NCBI GenBank assembly: GCA_965153285.1
Contig: OZ229111.1
Reading direction: 5' to 3' (one strand)
Length of the DNA: 64,000 nt
DNA from: Podarcis tiliguerta
Taxonomy: Eukaryota
Shown: positions 13,501 through 26,720 of the stretch, in pieces
Position numbering within the stretch: position 1 is the first letter of the stretch
Layout of the letters: each line of letters starts with the position of its first letter
Translations under genes and position numbers: made by a program
The notes under the pieces: model-generated
Told to the model about the DNA's origin: nothing
Database searches by the model: none
Seen by the model: only the letters and a program-made list of their open reading frames with translations

Positions 13501-15714
13501 CTCCCATAACTGCTTATATCTTGTTATTTTATTCATAACCATTATGTCCCAATTGCATTTTAAGAGTGCCTTAACTACAATGGGCACTATACAAGCTCAC
13601 TATCTAAAAATATTCTGTTTTGTGCTGTGTTTTAATCAGTGTACATATGCACTCATGCCTGGTGCTAACTTGTAAAAAAAGGGTCGAGGGGAATACAAAC
13701 TGAAAATTACAGCATACTGCACATGCACCAAATTAATCCCAGAAATTCTTCAAGTTAAACCGGAAGGCAGGCAGAATGAAATGCTGGGCAGAGCCAAACC
13801 ACAGCATAATAATGAAATTGAATGGGGGGGATGTTGGGGGGGGGGGGGAGAAGAGATTTGCTCATCCCTAGATTGTACTCATTTCTCATACTGGGCACGT
13901 CTGATGTCTGGGCTTGAGGGAGATGTGGGTGAATGCATAAATAGGCATGTGGAGAAGGTAAAGCAACAGCAGTAAGTTTGGGCCGAATCTGGTGGGGCAT
14001 GAAGACACCTTTACACTCCCAGGTAACCATCACCTTCTGATCAGACGCGTTTGCATGCAAAGGGAATAAACTTCCCTTGCACCTTAGTGTGCTTGCGCAG
14101 CACCACACCTGGACTGGGAAAGGCAAGAGATGGTTTCAGTTTCCTGGGCTGTTTAATCTCTTAATTCTTATGCATTGTTCACACCACTCCTTCTCCTCCG
14201 CTGACTGGACACACATGCACCCCCGCCCTTCATCCCCAGACAGCAGATGGAATGTCAGCGTCTCAGGCAGGCAGTCACTTTGATCTAGTTCACTTCCATG
14301 CATTTGTAAAATATTGTAGACTTCTTTTTCCAAGGTGCTTGGTCAACAGGGATGCCTCTGGTTATGGCCCATTAGGGTCACTAAGCAAATGGATGAAAAA
14401 TAAATCATAAATCATTTGAGGCCCTATTTGGTACTTAACAGAACCAGCCAAACAGGACTTCCCTTTGACTCACAAATCACCAGTAGGAACCTAGCAATTC
14501 CCACTGCCTTCCCACCAATCAATTGTCATTTTTATTTATTTTTTGGGAAGGAGCAGGGCTGAGGAGTGAGTCTGGGGGTTCCTATCCCAAAAGGTGGTAT
14601 CACTGTCCTGCCACCTTCAGCCATCCTTGGAAAAATCCTTCTTTCATGGAGACTCTGGTTAGTCATCCTCTTTGTTGAAAGGCACTTTGGCAGCAGTACG
14701 TGGAAAAATAAAAAAATATGTTTTCAAAAGACCTTTTTTTTTAAAAAAAGTATTCCACATAGAAACCCAAAACTCCTGAGGATAGAGCTGAAGAGGGAGA
14801 GGAAACATATGCTGTTCTAATAGCTAGTCTTCCCAACATTCATATGGTGAAACCATATTTCTGAGCTTTGGGGGAGTTTTCTGGGGTGGCAGTTCGTTCA
14901 TGGCGAATCCTGGGTGTAACTGCATCCATATGTAGTGCATGGGTATCTTTGTGATAAAGGGAAGTTGTGCGGAAATGTGCCCTGCCAGGGTGGCCATAAA
15001 ACTGGATAGAGGGGGAAATGAATTAAATCTTGCGAAGGAGGAAAGTGACTGGATGGGTCACACCCTTCACAAAAAGCAGAGATTAAACCTCGTAAATCTT
15101 CAATATTAAACTCAGATGTAACAGGTAAACCCCATAAGCTTTTCTAGCCCCACTTCAAAAGTAAGATTTTAATAATAATAATAATGACAAACTTTGCTCC
15201 AGAGAGGGGTTGAAACTAGAATGACCTGGTCTAGGCTTAGATACTTTCAAAGAATGAAGGACCATATCAAACATATTTGTTCAGGGCCTGTGGACATCTG
15301 GAGAGGATGGGAAGGTGAACGAGGGGAACTCTCAGTGAATTTATTGAATTTTCCTCTGTTCCCAAGTCTTTGACGTATTGTGAGTAAGAAAGCAACTCCT
15401 AGCATTTGTGGGGAGAGATTGTCTTGCAGTCAAACCTCTGGGCAATTGCAATCAGATATTGTTGGTCCAAGCAATAATTCCTAAAGAACTTAAAAGGTTT
15501 TGCTACATGTCTGGGAATTTCACAGTGAGCAAGATTTCTTGGTTTGCTTGTGTGGCGCTGCATCCATGTTACAACATTTAGGTGCAGTTAAGAGCCCTCA
15601 AATAACGTGTTTATAAATGCGTAACTTGTAACATTGCGGAGGAAATACAAGAGGTTTGTGCCTCCTCCCTGATTGTGACCCTTGCCAGTTTCTCAGCTGC
15701 CTGAAGTGCTGCAA

Positions 15715-15740
15715 TGCCACCTGGTGGCTGGTTAACAGCA
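15715..15740 (-). promoter_or_regulatory. Candidate CTCF binding site in the last NTN1 intron
   Basis: Minus strand reads TGCTGT-TAACCAG-CCACCAGGTGGCA: core matches CCASYAGRKGGCR, with an upstream TGCAGT-like module 7 nt away. Motif match only. Confidence 0.55.
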
Positions 15741-17299
15741 CAGTGAAGAACAGAGCCTTGGCCCTGCACTCAAAGGATATGCATCTATCCTCAACACCGC
15801 ATTTAAAAGCCCTGTAAGAATGGAGGTTGGGAAGGCAATGGCAACCAAACTCCTACAGGGTAGTAGGTAAGGATTTGGTGGATTCTGTTTTCTATTCTTT
15901 ATTGATGCAGTCCTTTCTCTGGAGACATCTTTCCAGCACCACAGGTGTTCCTGGCTTAAATAGGCCGTATCCTAGCTCTGCTCATTGCTCAGCTTATTGT
16001 CCAGCTATTTCCCAGAAGGCTTGGGCTGTGTAAATTGGCCATGCATGAAGGTTTTTTTTCTGTTGTTGTTTTTAAATTTCCAAGAAAGATGACTCTTGGC
16101 TGACTTGGCCTTCTCTTCTCTAAACAAGAGTTTAAAAGAAGAGTTTACAAACACCAAGTCTGCTGCTTTTTTTAATTGCACAGTAAGGGCCGTGAGCCGA
16201 TGGCAGCCTGGGGACCCCTGCCCTCTTCTGCTCATATACTCCCAATGGTGCATGCCTGAGATATTTTTAGCGAGGAGCTGGACACACGCCACACCATGTC
16301 GGAAACTAGTGTCATCGGGGGCCCAGGCAGCAGCAAGCTCAATGTGAAAGCTGTGACTCATTTTATTTTGTTCTCCCCCTCAGGGGGTACATTGCTAGAG
16401 CACAGCAGGCTTGCAGAGCTGCTTACGGGGCACCTGCTGCTTGCTTCATCCACTTGCCCCCAGTTACCAACCCCAATCCTTTTGCCCATCGCATTTTTCC
16501 TGGTGCCAGGGCTCAGTCTAATCCACTTTGCTTGTGCTGATTTGACTGGGAGGGGGGCTTTGTAGCTCACAGCACAAGCTCAGCCATGAATGGAACAGAG
16601 ATGCTGCCCCTGGTGGAATTTTCCCTCCTTCCCTGCTGAGAGAGGTTACCAACCCTGTTAACCAGCTGGCTTGTCAGTTCTTTCCTTTAACTGAATGCTG
16701 ACTTGTTCTCTTTCTACTCTGGCAGGCTGTGGAAGGATGTGCCAGCAGCTGTAGGATTGTCTGTGTTACTCTCGCAGGGGGACAGAAGGCTAAATCCAGC
16801 ATAATTCAGGATAGGTTGTCCTCATTTTAACTAAAGCCAGAGCCCCCCTCCCACCACACTATAAGTTTAGCAGTAAACTACTGCTTCCAAGCATAGCCAG
16901 GCTGCCTTGTATCATTGTGTGCAGTACAGCTTGGCTGGTAGAGAATTGGAGTGGGCTTGTGGTTGTGGGGCTAAGAAACAGGCATATCATTGTTGCTGAA
17001 TGTTGCTTGTAATGTGGACTAGTCGGACAGGTCTCTACGAATATAGGAAGCTGCCTTACACAGTCAGGGTTTCAGGCAGGATTCTTTTCCTTCTGCACCT
17101 GGAGATGCCAGGATCGGACCTATGTGTCTTGGGTTTGCAATCAGCAGTGCCACATTGGAACTGCAAGGTGAAGCAGGGAGGCTGCATTACAGTGCAGCAT
17201 ATGCTTTTTAAAAAAGCAGTTAGTTGATGGCAGCATCTTGAGATATAATCCAAGTATAATTAAAAATATTCAGTGCCTTACATTACCACAGTTTGAGAC

Positions 17300-17527
17300 T
17301 AGGCTTGACGTATTTCAAACAGTGAAAATCCGGACAGAAAAGTTGTTGAGTTTCAGGGGTTTTTTGGCCCAAAGTTGTTGAACTTCTTGGGCAAAATCAC
17401 TATTTTAATGGAAAAGCAGCAACGTGGGATGCCATATGTCCTGATTTTCCCGATTTCCACCTGGACGCTGCTGTCAACTGCGGTATTCTGGATATGCCTG
17501 GGAAAATCTGGACATATGGCAGCCCTA
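17300..17527. mobile_element. hAT (Blackjack-like) non-autonomous element remnant
   Basis: Right end GGACATATGGCAGCCCTA (TAGGGCTGCCATATGTCC-type TIR); internal inverted copy GGGATGCCATATGTCCTGATTTTCCC near 17426-17451; degenerate left end TAGGCTTGACG; TSD not clear. Confidence 0.65.
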
Positions 17528-18599
17528 ATCTCCAAGCAAAAAAAAAAGACAATGCCAAAATGTTCATAAATTGATCTGTCAACCAATTTCTTTTTTTTTT
17601 GGGGGGGGGGGTATTTGCAACACTCTTGGGTGTCTGGGAAGTATTTATAGTAGTCAGATTCATATAAGGTTTGCTGATATTCGCTAGAGCAGGTAGGGTC
17701 CCAGATGTAAGAAGAAGCCATTTAAAATTATAGTGACTCCTCTTGGTGCTAAATAGTGAAGTGATGGAAATGAAACTGATTGGATTATACTCAGCTTCTC
17801 CTTGAAGCAATTTCACTCACAAAGGAAACAATAAAGAGGAATGTCAAACTCAAATGGATTAGAAGGCCAACTTCACCACCCACCACATACAGATACCAGA
17901 CTCGCTTAAAAAGAAACAAACCCAAAAATGCAGTTCCACCTGAATTTGATACCAGATCATTATGTGGAAGAAATAAAAAGTGTTTGCCTCTGAACTTTCT
18001 CAGTGTATTTCCTTCACTGCAGAGCAACCTGAACAAGCCCCAACATAGCTAGGATTAAGGAGTAAGACTTCCAAGCTTACAGGAAGACTTGAACCCCAGC
18101 ACCTTGCTTTTCAGAAGTTAACCCTTAGCTCCCTCATCCTCCCCCCAACCCCTTCATCCAATCAAAGTATTTTCCCCATTCCAGTCCATTTGAGTTTGGC
18201 ACTCCAGAGTTAATTAATAGCCATTATCCCTTTTCCTCCAGACCAGAACCATAATTTCCTCCACCTGCCCCTCCCTACTGAATAATAGGAAACTGCCAGC
18301 TCCCACACTAAGTAGACTCCGGTGCATCTCATTTTCCTATACCTGCTATCCATGTTGTTAATGGTGAGGCCCGTGGAGGTTGTTGGTATGGCATAAGAAT
18401 TCCTAATGGCCCTATTCACACAATGCCTTGGTAGATGCTGTCCTTCTGATCCTGACAATCTAAGACATGGGGATGTTAATTTTGAGAGTCAGCCTAGGGG
18501 AAGAGTATAATTGTGGAGTTAAGGAACATCACTTGATTTTAGATTGCAGGAATTGTTTTCCTCCTGGAAGATCAAATATGCTTGAGTTTGGAACTTCTA

Positions 18600-18716
18600 G
18601 TATTTTAACTTTTGTATGCTTTAAAGTATGGTCATGATTTTTTCACATCTTTATTGTTTTATCTTTTTGTAAACCACTTGAGGGTGTATGAATTTTATGA
18701 AATAAATAAAATAACA
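18600..18716 (+). mobile_element. Decayed LINE (L2-like) 3' tail
   Basis: T-rich stretch, TTGTAAACCACTTGAG, then (TAAA)n-like tail, typical of squamate L2 3' ends. Confidence 0.4.
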
Positions 18717-21007
18717 TAAAAAACACAACCTTATAAAAAAAGACCACCAAAGATCCAAATCAGTTTAGCTTCACTGGGTTTTAAACTGAACCTACTATAA
18801 ATACCCCTTGCTCTCTTTATTTTCAACAACTTGAAGCACTCCAGCCAACAATCACCCTACTCCCACATATCAAGCAATGCTCTGCTTTCCAAAATGATTT
18901 AAGATCTTCCCCCTTGTCACATCATTTACTGTGGGTGTGACTCTTCTCAGTTGTCTAATCTGGCAGAGGAAGAATTCTCAAACAACCACTTCCCTTTTCA
19001 GCAGTACTTAGCCTACTTAGGATGGAGCTGAACAGTCGCCAGCTTCAATTTTCGCATCAAAATTGTGCTTTTGACAGCATAGGAACTTTACAGATTGATT
19101 GCCCACTTTTTCTGTGTGAAAGAAAAATTGTTCTCAAAACAAGGGGAGTTGCTCTTGTAGCCCAAGAGGGATGAAGCCCATGGATAAGCCTGGAGGAACT
19201 ATGCAACCCCAGCTGAAAGTGAGTCTTAAAACGGACCATCCAGGGAAGCTGTTCAATGCCAAGGCAAGACTTGGAGGGGGCACACCAGAAGAAGTTGCTT
19301 AGTTTGTAGGGAGCCAGCTCTAGGTCAGTCCTTTTGGAGACTTACATGAGCACTGCTCAGGTCTTTCAGCTGAGTTTCCTCAACCTTTGTATTAGTATCC
19401 ATTTAGGATAAAGGTTCTGTAGCCTATAAGGAAATTTAATAAAAGTAATTGGTGCGCAGCATATATCGTATTTATTTTAAGCAAAGCTGTGAATGGTTTC
19501 TACTCAGCATTACTAACACCGAACATTGAGATTTTAGGTTGGGGCTGTTTTTCTCACCATGAAAATCTTGTGGGTTTGAGATGATTTGGTTAGTCTAACC
19601 ATGTCTACGCTTGTGATTTGATTCACCCATCTGTAAACTTTTTGCCGGGTCACCCGATTCCCTTTTCATTTCTGTATACTATCACAAGTACTTCTAGGAA
19701 GGCAGGGCATTTTTTAAAAGACCGTTACTGGCTGCTACTGGAGATAAGGCAGTAGACTGGTAGTCTATTCATCCTACCCAGTGTGACAAATCTTGCATGC
19801 TTATGAGCTAGAAGCATTGGGTTAAAAGGTAGGGACTCTGTTCTGTGGGGATGCATTGCAGTGAGATTCTTTTCACAGGCTAGTCCCAGTACATGCCAAA
19901 AAACCAAACAGTGTGGCAAAGTTCTTGGTGGGTTTTAATTCCCTTCCCCCCAACCTTTTGCTCAAAATGAAAGGGGTGCCTTTTGTTACCATGGCCACCT
20001 TTCATGACTTCAGCCAAACAAGACCCTGACTTCCTTCACATTTTATTTATTTTTTTAAAGTTCTCATTGAGCCTCAAATCCCTAGGTAAGGGAAACATGG
20101 AAACGGTTACCATCATACTTAGACTTGGAATGTGGGACACTAGCAGAGACCACAGAGGTCAAGATGCCCAGCATGAAAAGAAGGGAGAGTTGGACAGGGA
20201 GAGACTTGTCTCCACAGGCAGAAGAGAGCTGGATACATTATTCCCAAATGCCAATTTGCTTGGGGCAGGCACATATGTAGTCACAGGAAAGAGTGATGAA
20301 GGGTTAAGCAAAGACTGGAACAAAGTAGTTAACCAAACTGAAAGTGACTTATTACAATCAGGAAAAAATGGGATGGCTTCTCTCTTTCTCTCTGAAGTAC
20401 ATTTCAGTCACAACTCCAGAAAAAATAGGCAGGATCAAATGAAATCTGAATGCAATACAAGTAAGGGCAACTCTTCTCTTAAAACTAAACCCATGACCAT
20501 CTATCGAGGACAAACAGACCAGTTACTTCAATGACAGACAGATGCCGATAGTCCCCCACTGCCCCTCCAATGACCTTCCAGTATGGGAACAGACTCTGAA
20601 GTACAGGCAACTCCTCTCATCTGCAGATTATATACATACGGTCTACCCATTTGAAAATACTGAATACTCAATCCCATTAAAAAAATATATATAATGGGTC
20701 AATTTCCAAAGAGAAGGCACTGTAAGGGAATCTACTACATATCACACTTTTTCTAGGTAACATAATGCAGCTGGGCAGTTACATCCCCAGCATTCCTCTA
20801 TCAAATCAGTTACCCCATAAAGGACATTAAGAACATTTCTATCATGTAACTTACAAGTCTGTCACTTACAGCAATATGACGTCCTTCATGCATATTTCTG
20901 GATTGCTCTTGGTTAACCACTGCTGTTCAAGCAACATTTGCTTTGTCCTTGAGAGGAGAATTGAGGTGTTAAATTGATTGTCCCTGTTCTTGGCTTTCTG
21001 TTCCCAG

Positions 21008-21336
21008 CTGTCCAGATCCACATCCTGAAAGCAGATAAGGCTGGAGAATGGTGGAAGTTCACAGTCAACATCATCTCTGTGTACAAGCAAGGGACAAACC
21101 GGATACGGCGCGGTGACCAGTTCCTTTGGATACGCTCCAAGGACATTGCCTGCAAGTGCCCGAAAATCAAACCCATGAAGAAATACTTGTTGCTGGGCCA
21201 CGACGAGGATTCCCCTGATCAGAACGGCATCGTGGCCGACAAAAGCAGCCTTGTTATACAGTGGAGGGACACATGGGCTAGGCGACTGAGGAAGTTCCAG
21301 CAACGGGAAAAGAAGGGGAAGTGCAAGAAAGCCTAG
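21008..21336 (+). CDS. NTN1: Netrin-1 last coding exon (329 bp incl. TAG): (A)[27 protein letters not shown]...RRGDQ...[14 protein letters not shown]
   Basis: Translation nearly identical to the vertebrate netrin-1 C-terminus incl. RGD motif and basic tail; acceptor TTCCCAG at 21001-21007; stop TAG 21334-21336. Confidence 0.98.
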
Positions 21337-24300
21337 GGGGAGAGAACTGGAGATGGGAAGAGAGACTGAACATACTGCTTTGTGTAGGACTTGAAGCAGA
21401 CGCGAATGGGATTAGGGTCACTGGCAAGAAGCTCACTTTGCATTATGTGTGACAGGGTGGGGGGCAAAGGAGGGGTTAATAACTTCTGTGAGACATGCCA
21501 ATTATGTACCTCACAATACAGAAAAAACACAAAATGTAGTGAGAAGTGACAAGTTTAGAGAAGGACAGCCACGCGAGACCCTACTCACCATAGTAACAAA
21601 TGTTAGGCCAGTTACTAGTTCCCATCATCCCCTTTGACTTTCCTTCTCTCTTTATTTCTGTCTAATCAGAAGAATGACCAACTGCCTTAAGTTCTCTAAC
21701 ATCAACTAGTCTTAAAGTCTAGGCACAAAAAGGACTCAACCTGTCACTGAAGCAAATATAAAGAGAGATGTTGAAGTTGCACAGAAATTGCCCTTTGAAT
21801 ACATCTCCTCCAAAGGAGATTAAATCACGTTCTTATTGGTTGGAAAGATGGAGCATATGGATCATGGCTTGAAACCAATTTCTGGGGCTACAATCAAATG
21901 AACAGCAAACAAGCAGCCTGAGTAGCTCATCCATTATCTGTCATGAAGCATTTAATGGACTGGGTCCCCTTTTTATAAGAATCTAATGAAAGTTCACAGA
22001 GATATAAGCTACTTACCCTGCATACAAGGCAGTCAGGAGAGGGGTATGCTTTCTTGAAAATGCAGCCCCAGACTAAGGTCTTATTGCCTGACTTTAAAAG
22101 GCACTCTGCTAAGGAAAGAAAGCTGACAGCTATGAAGCATTGATGGAGCAATTGAAATAATAATTACTTAATAGCAATATCTGAAAACATGACCACCACC
22201 GATCTAATGGGTAATCTAAAGAATTAGTCAAATATAAATGACTCGGATTTTTAGGAGTTGTCCTTGCACTGCTGCTTTTGTGAATATAGCCCTACCCTGA
22301 GACCACTGGATTATTATTATTATTTTTAAATGCATTCACTAGGAAATGAAATAAACTCTGTCTGTAATTTTAAGTAGTAATAACTTCTTTAGACACCCAC
22401 TAGACTATCAGTACTCATCTCAAAAGCAAAAGTTAGCATTGATAGATTCAAACTGACTCTACACACACAAACAAAGCTACCACTTTTGTGCTTCTCCACA
22501 GCAATGGTTATTAATCTCTCAGTGTAAGATCCATTCAGTGCTTCCTCTTTTACCAGGAGGGTTGCTGAGCTGCAGACAGTCCTATGTGCTGGCTCTGTCT
22601 GCAGGGAATGAATTGACCAAGATGTGTACTATACCTGCTCCAGGGAAGACCAAGTGGGAAAAGACACAAAAGAACAAAAGTGTTACTAATCCTTACATGG
22701 AGCAAGGAGTGTCACTTCGGACAAGGAAACTCATGTTTGTAAGAACCCAAAATGTAGCTTTAATTAACGTATGTTTTGCAGCCAATAACATACCTAGAAT
22801 AAAGGAGATGCCCTCTCAAACACTCCCACAGCAGCTCTCTACGCTTTCCTTCCCCTAACCTCCATTTGAAGGAGATTTTTGTTCCACTCATGCAAATCTC
22901 CCATCAGCCCTAACTTGCAAACTAGGACTGTCTAGGCAGGCGGTTCACGCGTGAGCTCAGGGACGCCTGCTCTGCAAAATACAAACTTCCCCAAGATGTT
23001 TCCTATTAGGAAATATGGAAACATCCTTTTAATGACATTTTCCAGTGGTTTTGCCTTGTTTTATAGCAATTGACAATATTTATATAATGACATAAACTAC
23101 CATAAAACAAACTGTAGCACAAATAGGTGTAAAGTGGCCAGATGCCGGGGAAGCGGAGAATAGGGGGGACAGGAGTTAGGATCCCTGGCTGAAGGCAGGG
23201 GGCTGGAACGAAGTGCTCTGACTCAACTGCTCTGCACACTGTTGAGAGTTTCTGGGCTCCCACTTCTTTATATGAACCTAGTTGCTGAAAAAGAAATATG
23301 CAGAACATTCTCACAGCTAAGGCACATTTATCAGTGTTGTTCATACTGACTCTCATTTTAGATTCAGAGGGAATTAGTTTACCTACTAAACAGAAGACAA
23401 AAAAGAGCCAAGCCAACAACTGAAACAAAAAGTGCTTGTCGCCATGTCCTGTTTCAGCCACACACTGCCCTGATCTACTCATACTGTGAAATTAAGTAGC
23501 ATAATATAGATAGTGGGGTTCTATATTTTAGAGTGACGCCCTCCATAAAATACTCCCTGAATGTAGAAAATTAGCACAGCAGGAAGAGCTAGTCCTGACA
23601 TTCTAGTTTGCTTCCTTTTTTTTTTTTTAACTTGCAGGGAATTTTGCATGCCGGGCAGCATTCAAAATGGTTATTTTCTCACCCACGAGTAGTACAATCC
23701 ATTTTATCACCTCCAGATTCTACCGCCTCATTCTGCTGCATGACAGAACCAAAGTAAGTAACTCCGGAAAAGCTGCATCTTATTAGGTCATTGGTTTTCG
23801 AACTTCCTATCTTCAGGATACCTGTTCTACACTGATTTGTCTGCTGAGGAACTGTGCACTCTGTTGCTGTGCAATGTCCGCCATGCTCGTTGGGCCTACC
23901 TGAGAGACGCTCCCCAGAGCCCACCCCGCATTCTACTCAGTCTGTGCAATGCGAGCGAAGAGGATCTGCTTCTCATCAGGAGAAACCCTGAATAACCTTC
24001 TAAGGAACTCTAGGATTCCTAGGACCAGAATTTGAAAACCACTGCTCAAAACTCTCCAAATGCCATCAGCTTTCTTGTGTTAGCAGCATGTTGAAGTGTA
24101 CTGTATTGAATGAGCGGCCTGTAAAATCTTAGCACTGATATAGACTCTGAATGCAGGCCCACTAGTGATAAACATCAGTGGTGAGGTAGGTACTCCTGTA
24201 TGGAACGTTCATTTTTTAAGTAGTAATTGGGTTTAAAGCTGAACTGAAACCCTCTGTTTATCTTCACTTTTGCTACTGTTGATTTTTTTTAATTAATGTT

Positions 24301-26400
24301 TTTAAACATCCCTCTCAAAATTTCATCTATTTTTCATATAGAACCTAGACACTAAAGAAAACAGAGAGCCCTTCGAAAAGCCTGGTTTTTATTTTAAAAT
24401 CAATGGAACGCAGGGGTTTTACAAGTCACACAGCCTGGGTAAAACAGGGTATAAAGATACTCTGCCTAAGCTGTAACTTAGTCAGGTTCATACTCTTCTC
24501 TGAGCTGTGCCCTGTGGGGTAGCTCAGTGCCTGCATATTTTCTGTGTGTCCTAAAGGTAACAGGGAGGAGGAGGGGGGCTTTTGTCTGAGTTCTCATTAG
24601 CGTTCCAGCATTGAACAGAAAACAATTTGATTTTCATATAACGTGCTTAGTAGTCTGACAAAAGATTTATCCCGGACTGAAAATTCAGAAAGAAAAATCA
24701 AAGCTCCTAAAAATCCATCTCAGCCTGACGAGAGCATCCTTCTCCTTGACACAAACCTCTCGTTCCTCGCTTTCCATATGGAATTCTCTGGCTACAATAC
24801 AGATCTTGGTGTGATGTCGTTTCCCCTTGACAGTTCTGTTCTGCATCTTAGCTACACAGCAGCACATATATATTCCTGTGAGCATTCAGGAGCCAGTTCT
24901 ATGTTTGGTTTTGGGAATTAGTACTGATAACCACTAAATAATTCCTCAAAACAATGTTTACAAACAGATACCCTCACCGTTTGCCCAATCCCCTATAGGA
25001 CAGCTGGAAAATGACCTGCGCTTCCATAGTGGACACCGATATCCTAGAGAGCTGTAAAGGGGCATGGAGACACCAAGATAGCAAAAGGCAGCCGGGGGGG
25101 GGGGGGCTTATAGAGAAAACCAAGAATGCTGACTGTATAGTACAAAATGTAAAATAGGCTAGATCTCAGAAACTGTATATTAACCAGAAATGTAATTTTT
25201 TAGATTACTTTCTCCTCATCCCAAATTAGTAAGAAAAGCCTTTTCCTTGTCATCTATATTGGCAGGCTTAAGGGTTTGTTTTGCACATCCCACATTTAAA
25301 GAATTTACCTGTCTAGGTATACTGCAATGAGCATATAGGAGAGTCAGAAAGACTTTCAGCTTCAATCAGTAAACTATGAAATAAAAGGAGTTATATTTGG
25401 GGGGGTTGGCTTACATTCTAGAACCCCTCTCTCGTTTTTCTCTAAAACAGAAATACAGCAGCACAGCCTCAGCATACTTGGGGCTACTTATTTGGTGGCG
25501 CTTCAAATCTTTCTACACCATCAAATGTGCTTAGGAGGTAGTATATGGTCAGGATTGTCTCTTACATTTAGGGTTGCCCTTTTTATTCGGAGGCTAACAC
25601 TCAGTTCGGCAACCTTTCATAACAGAGAAGGTCAATAATCCTTTCCTGTTGGTTTCACAGCCAAAATTTAAGGGACTAGAACTCGGCAAGAGCAGCCCAG
25701 CAAAGGTGGTGGTTTAGGAAGCAGAATGGCAAGCCGTAGTTTCCTAAAGAACTATTTTTTTTTGCAGTTGAGAAAATAAGCAAAACTACCACCAAATTTA
25801 GTATTTAAATGAATCTCAAAAAAAAAAGGAAGTTGATGCCTTGCACCTGCTCTAGGAGTGCCACACAGCAGACTACATTCAAGGTCTTCTTGAGAAACAT
25901 TCCAAGCTCTACATTGACAGGGTAAAAGGGCAACACAAACCATTCTGAGAAGCAGCTGAAATGCCAAAACAATCACCACTCATGAGTAGCATTGAACAAT
26001 GGCTTCCTCCCCATTTTATGTTTTGTTTTAGCTGGTTCATTGTATGCTCATTCCCTTGATCATCTTACCTTTTCCCTATTACGCAGGGAAAAAAATCAGC
26101 TGTGTTTTGATTATTCCTGTTAATATCATGAATTGTAAATGTTGTTTAGTTATGACTATTACATATAGTTTTGGGGCAATGTTTCTTTACAATGCATACT
26201 AATATATTATGGTTATATATATGAATATATTTAATGACACGTGGGAAAAAAGTTGTGGATTTTCTTATTCCCCCTCCCTCCGTTTTATTTGTTAGATGGG
26301 CTGACAACTGAACCAGGAGCAGCATGTAACTGTGCAGGATCCATTTGATAGGACTAAATCCAGACATCTGTCAAATAAACTCTTGTAAACTTCTACTCAC
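21337..26400 (+). other. NTN1: Probable NTN1 3' UTR (~5 kb)
   Basis: Follows the stop codon; nearly free of recognisable TEs until a CR1 fragment begins at ~26450; AU-rich distal block ending in AATAAA at 26374. End point is inferred. Confidence 0.6.
26374..26379 (+). terminator. Candidate distal NTN1 polyadenylation signal AATAAA
   Basis: AATAAA at the end of an AU-rich UTR-like block, followed by pyrimidine/U-rich sequence; other AATAAA at 22798 and 25380. Confidence 0.6.
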
Positions 26401-26449
26401 CTTATGCCAGTCTCTTCTGTTGAAACAGGATGAACAAGTTGTGCTAATT

Positions 26450-26720
26450 GCCATCAACTTAGCTTTGAAAGGGGATTAGGCAAATTCATGGATGATATAA
26501 GGCTATCGAATGCTGCTAATCGGGATAGCTGATCCTGATTAACTCCAGGATCAGAGGCAGTCTACCTCTAAATACCAGAGCTGTGGGAAACAAGGGAGAG
26601 TTAATTATTGTGCTCATATTCTGTTGTAGGCATCTCTTAAGCATCTGACTGGTCACGGTGAAAATCAAGATGCTGGACAGGATGGGCCTTTGGTATGATC
26701 CAAAGGACTCTTACATACTT
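26450..26720 (+). mobile_element. CR1-type LINE 3' fragment
   Basis: GCCATCAACTT...GGATTAGGCAAATTCATGGA...GATGCTGGACAGGATGGGCCTTTGGTATGATCCA resembles squamate CR1 ORF2 end and 3' UTR; decayed. Confidence 0.7.

Noticed and set aside
16601-16620. Second CTCF-like motif CCACCAGGGGCAGC (- strand)
   Set aside because: One G short of the core, shifting the GGC positions; weak match.
19983-20534. 183-aa ORF in the NTN1 intron
   Set aside because: Non-ATG start, no recognisable domain or convincing splice signals; consistent with chance.
20866-21303. 145-aa minus-strand ORF
   Set aside because: Antisense shadow of the NTN1 last exon; no independent features.
21322-21336. C-terminal CKKA as a CaaX prenylation signal
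   Set aside because: Normal netrin-1 terminus; secreted protein, the Cys belongs to the NTR domain disulphide pattern and KK is not aliphatic.
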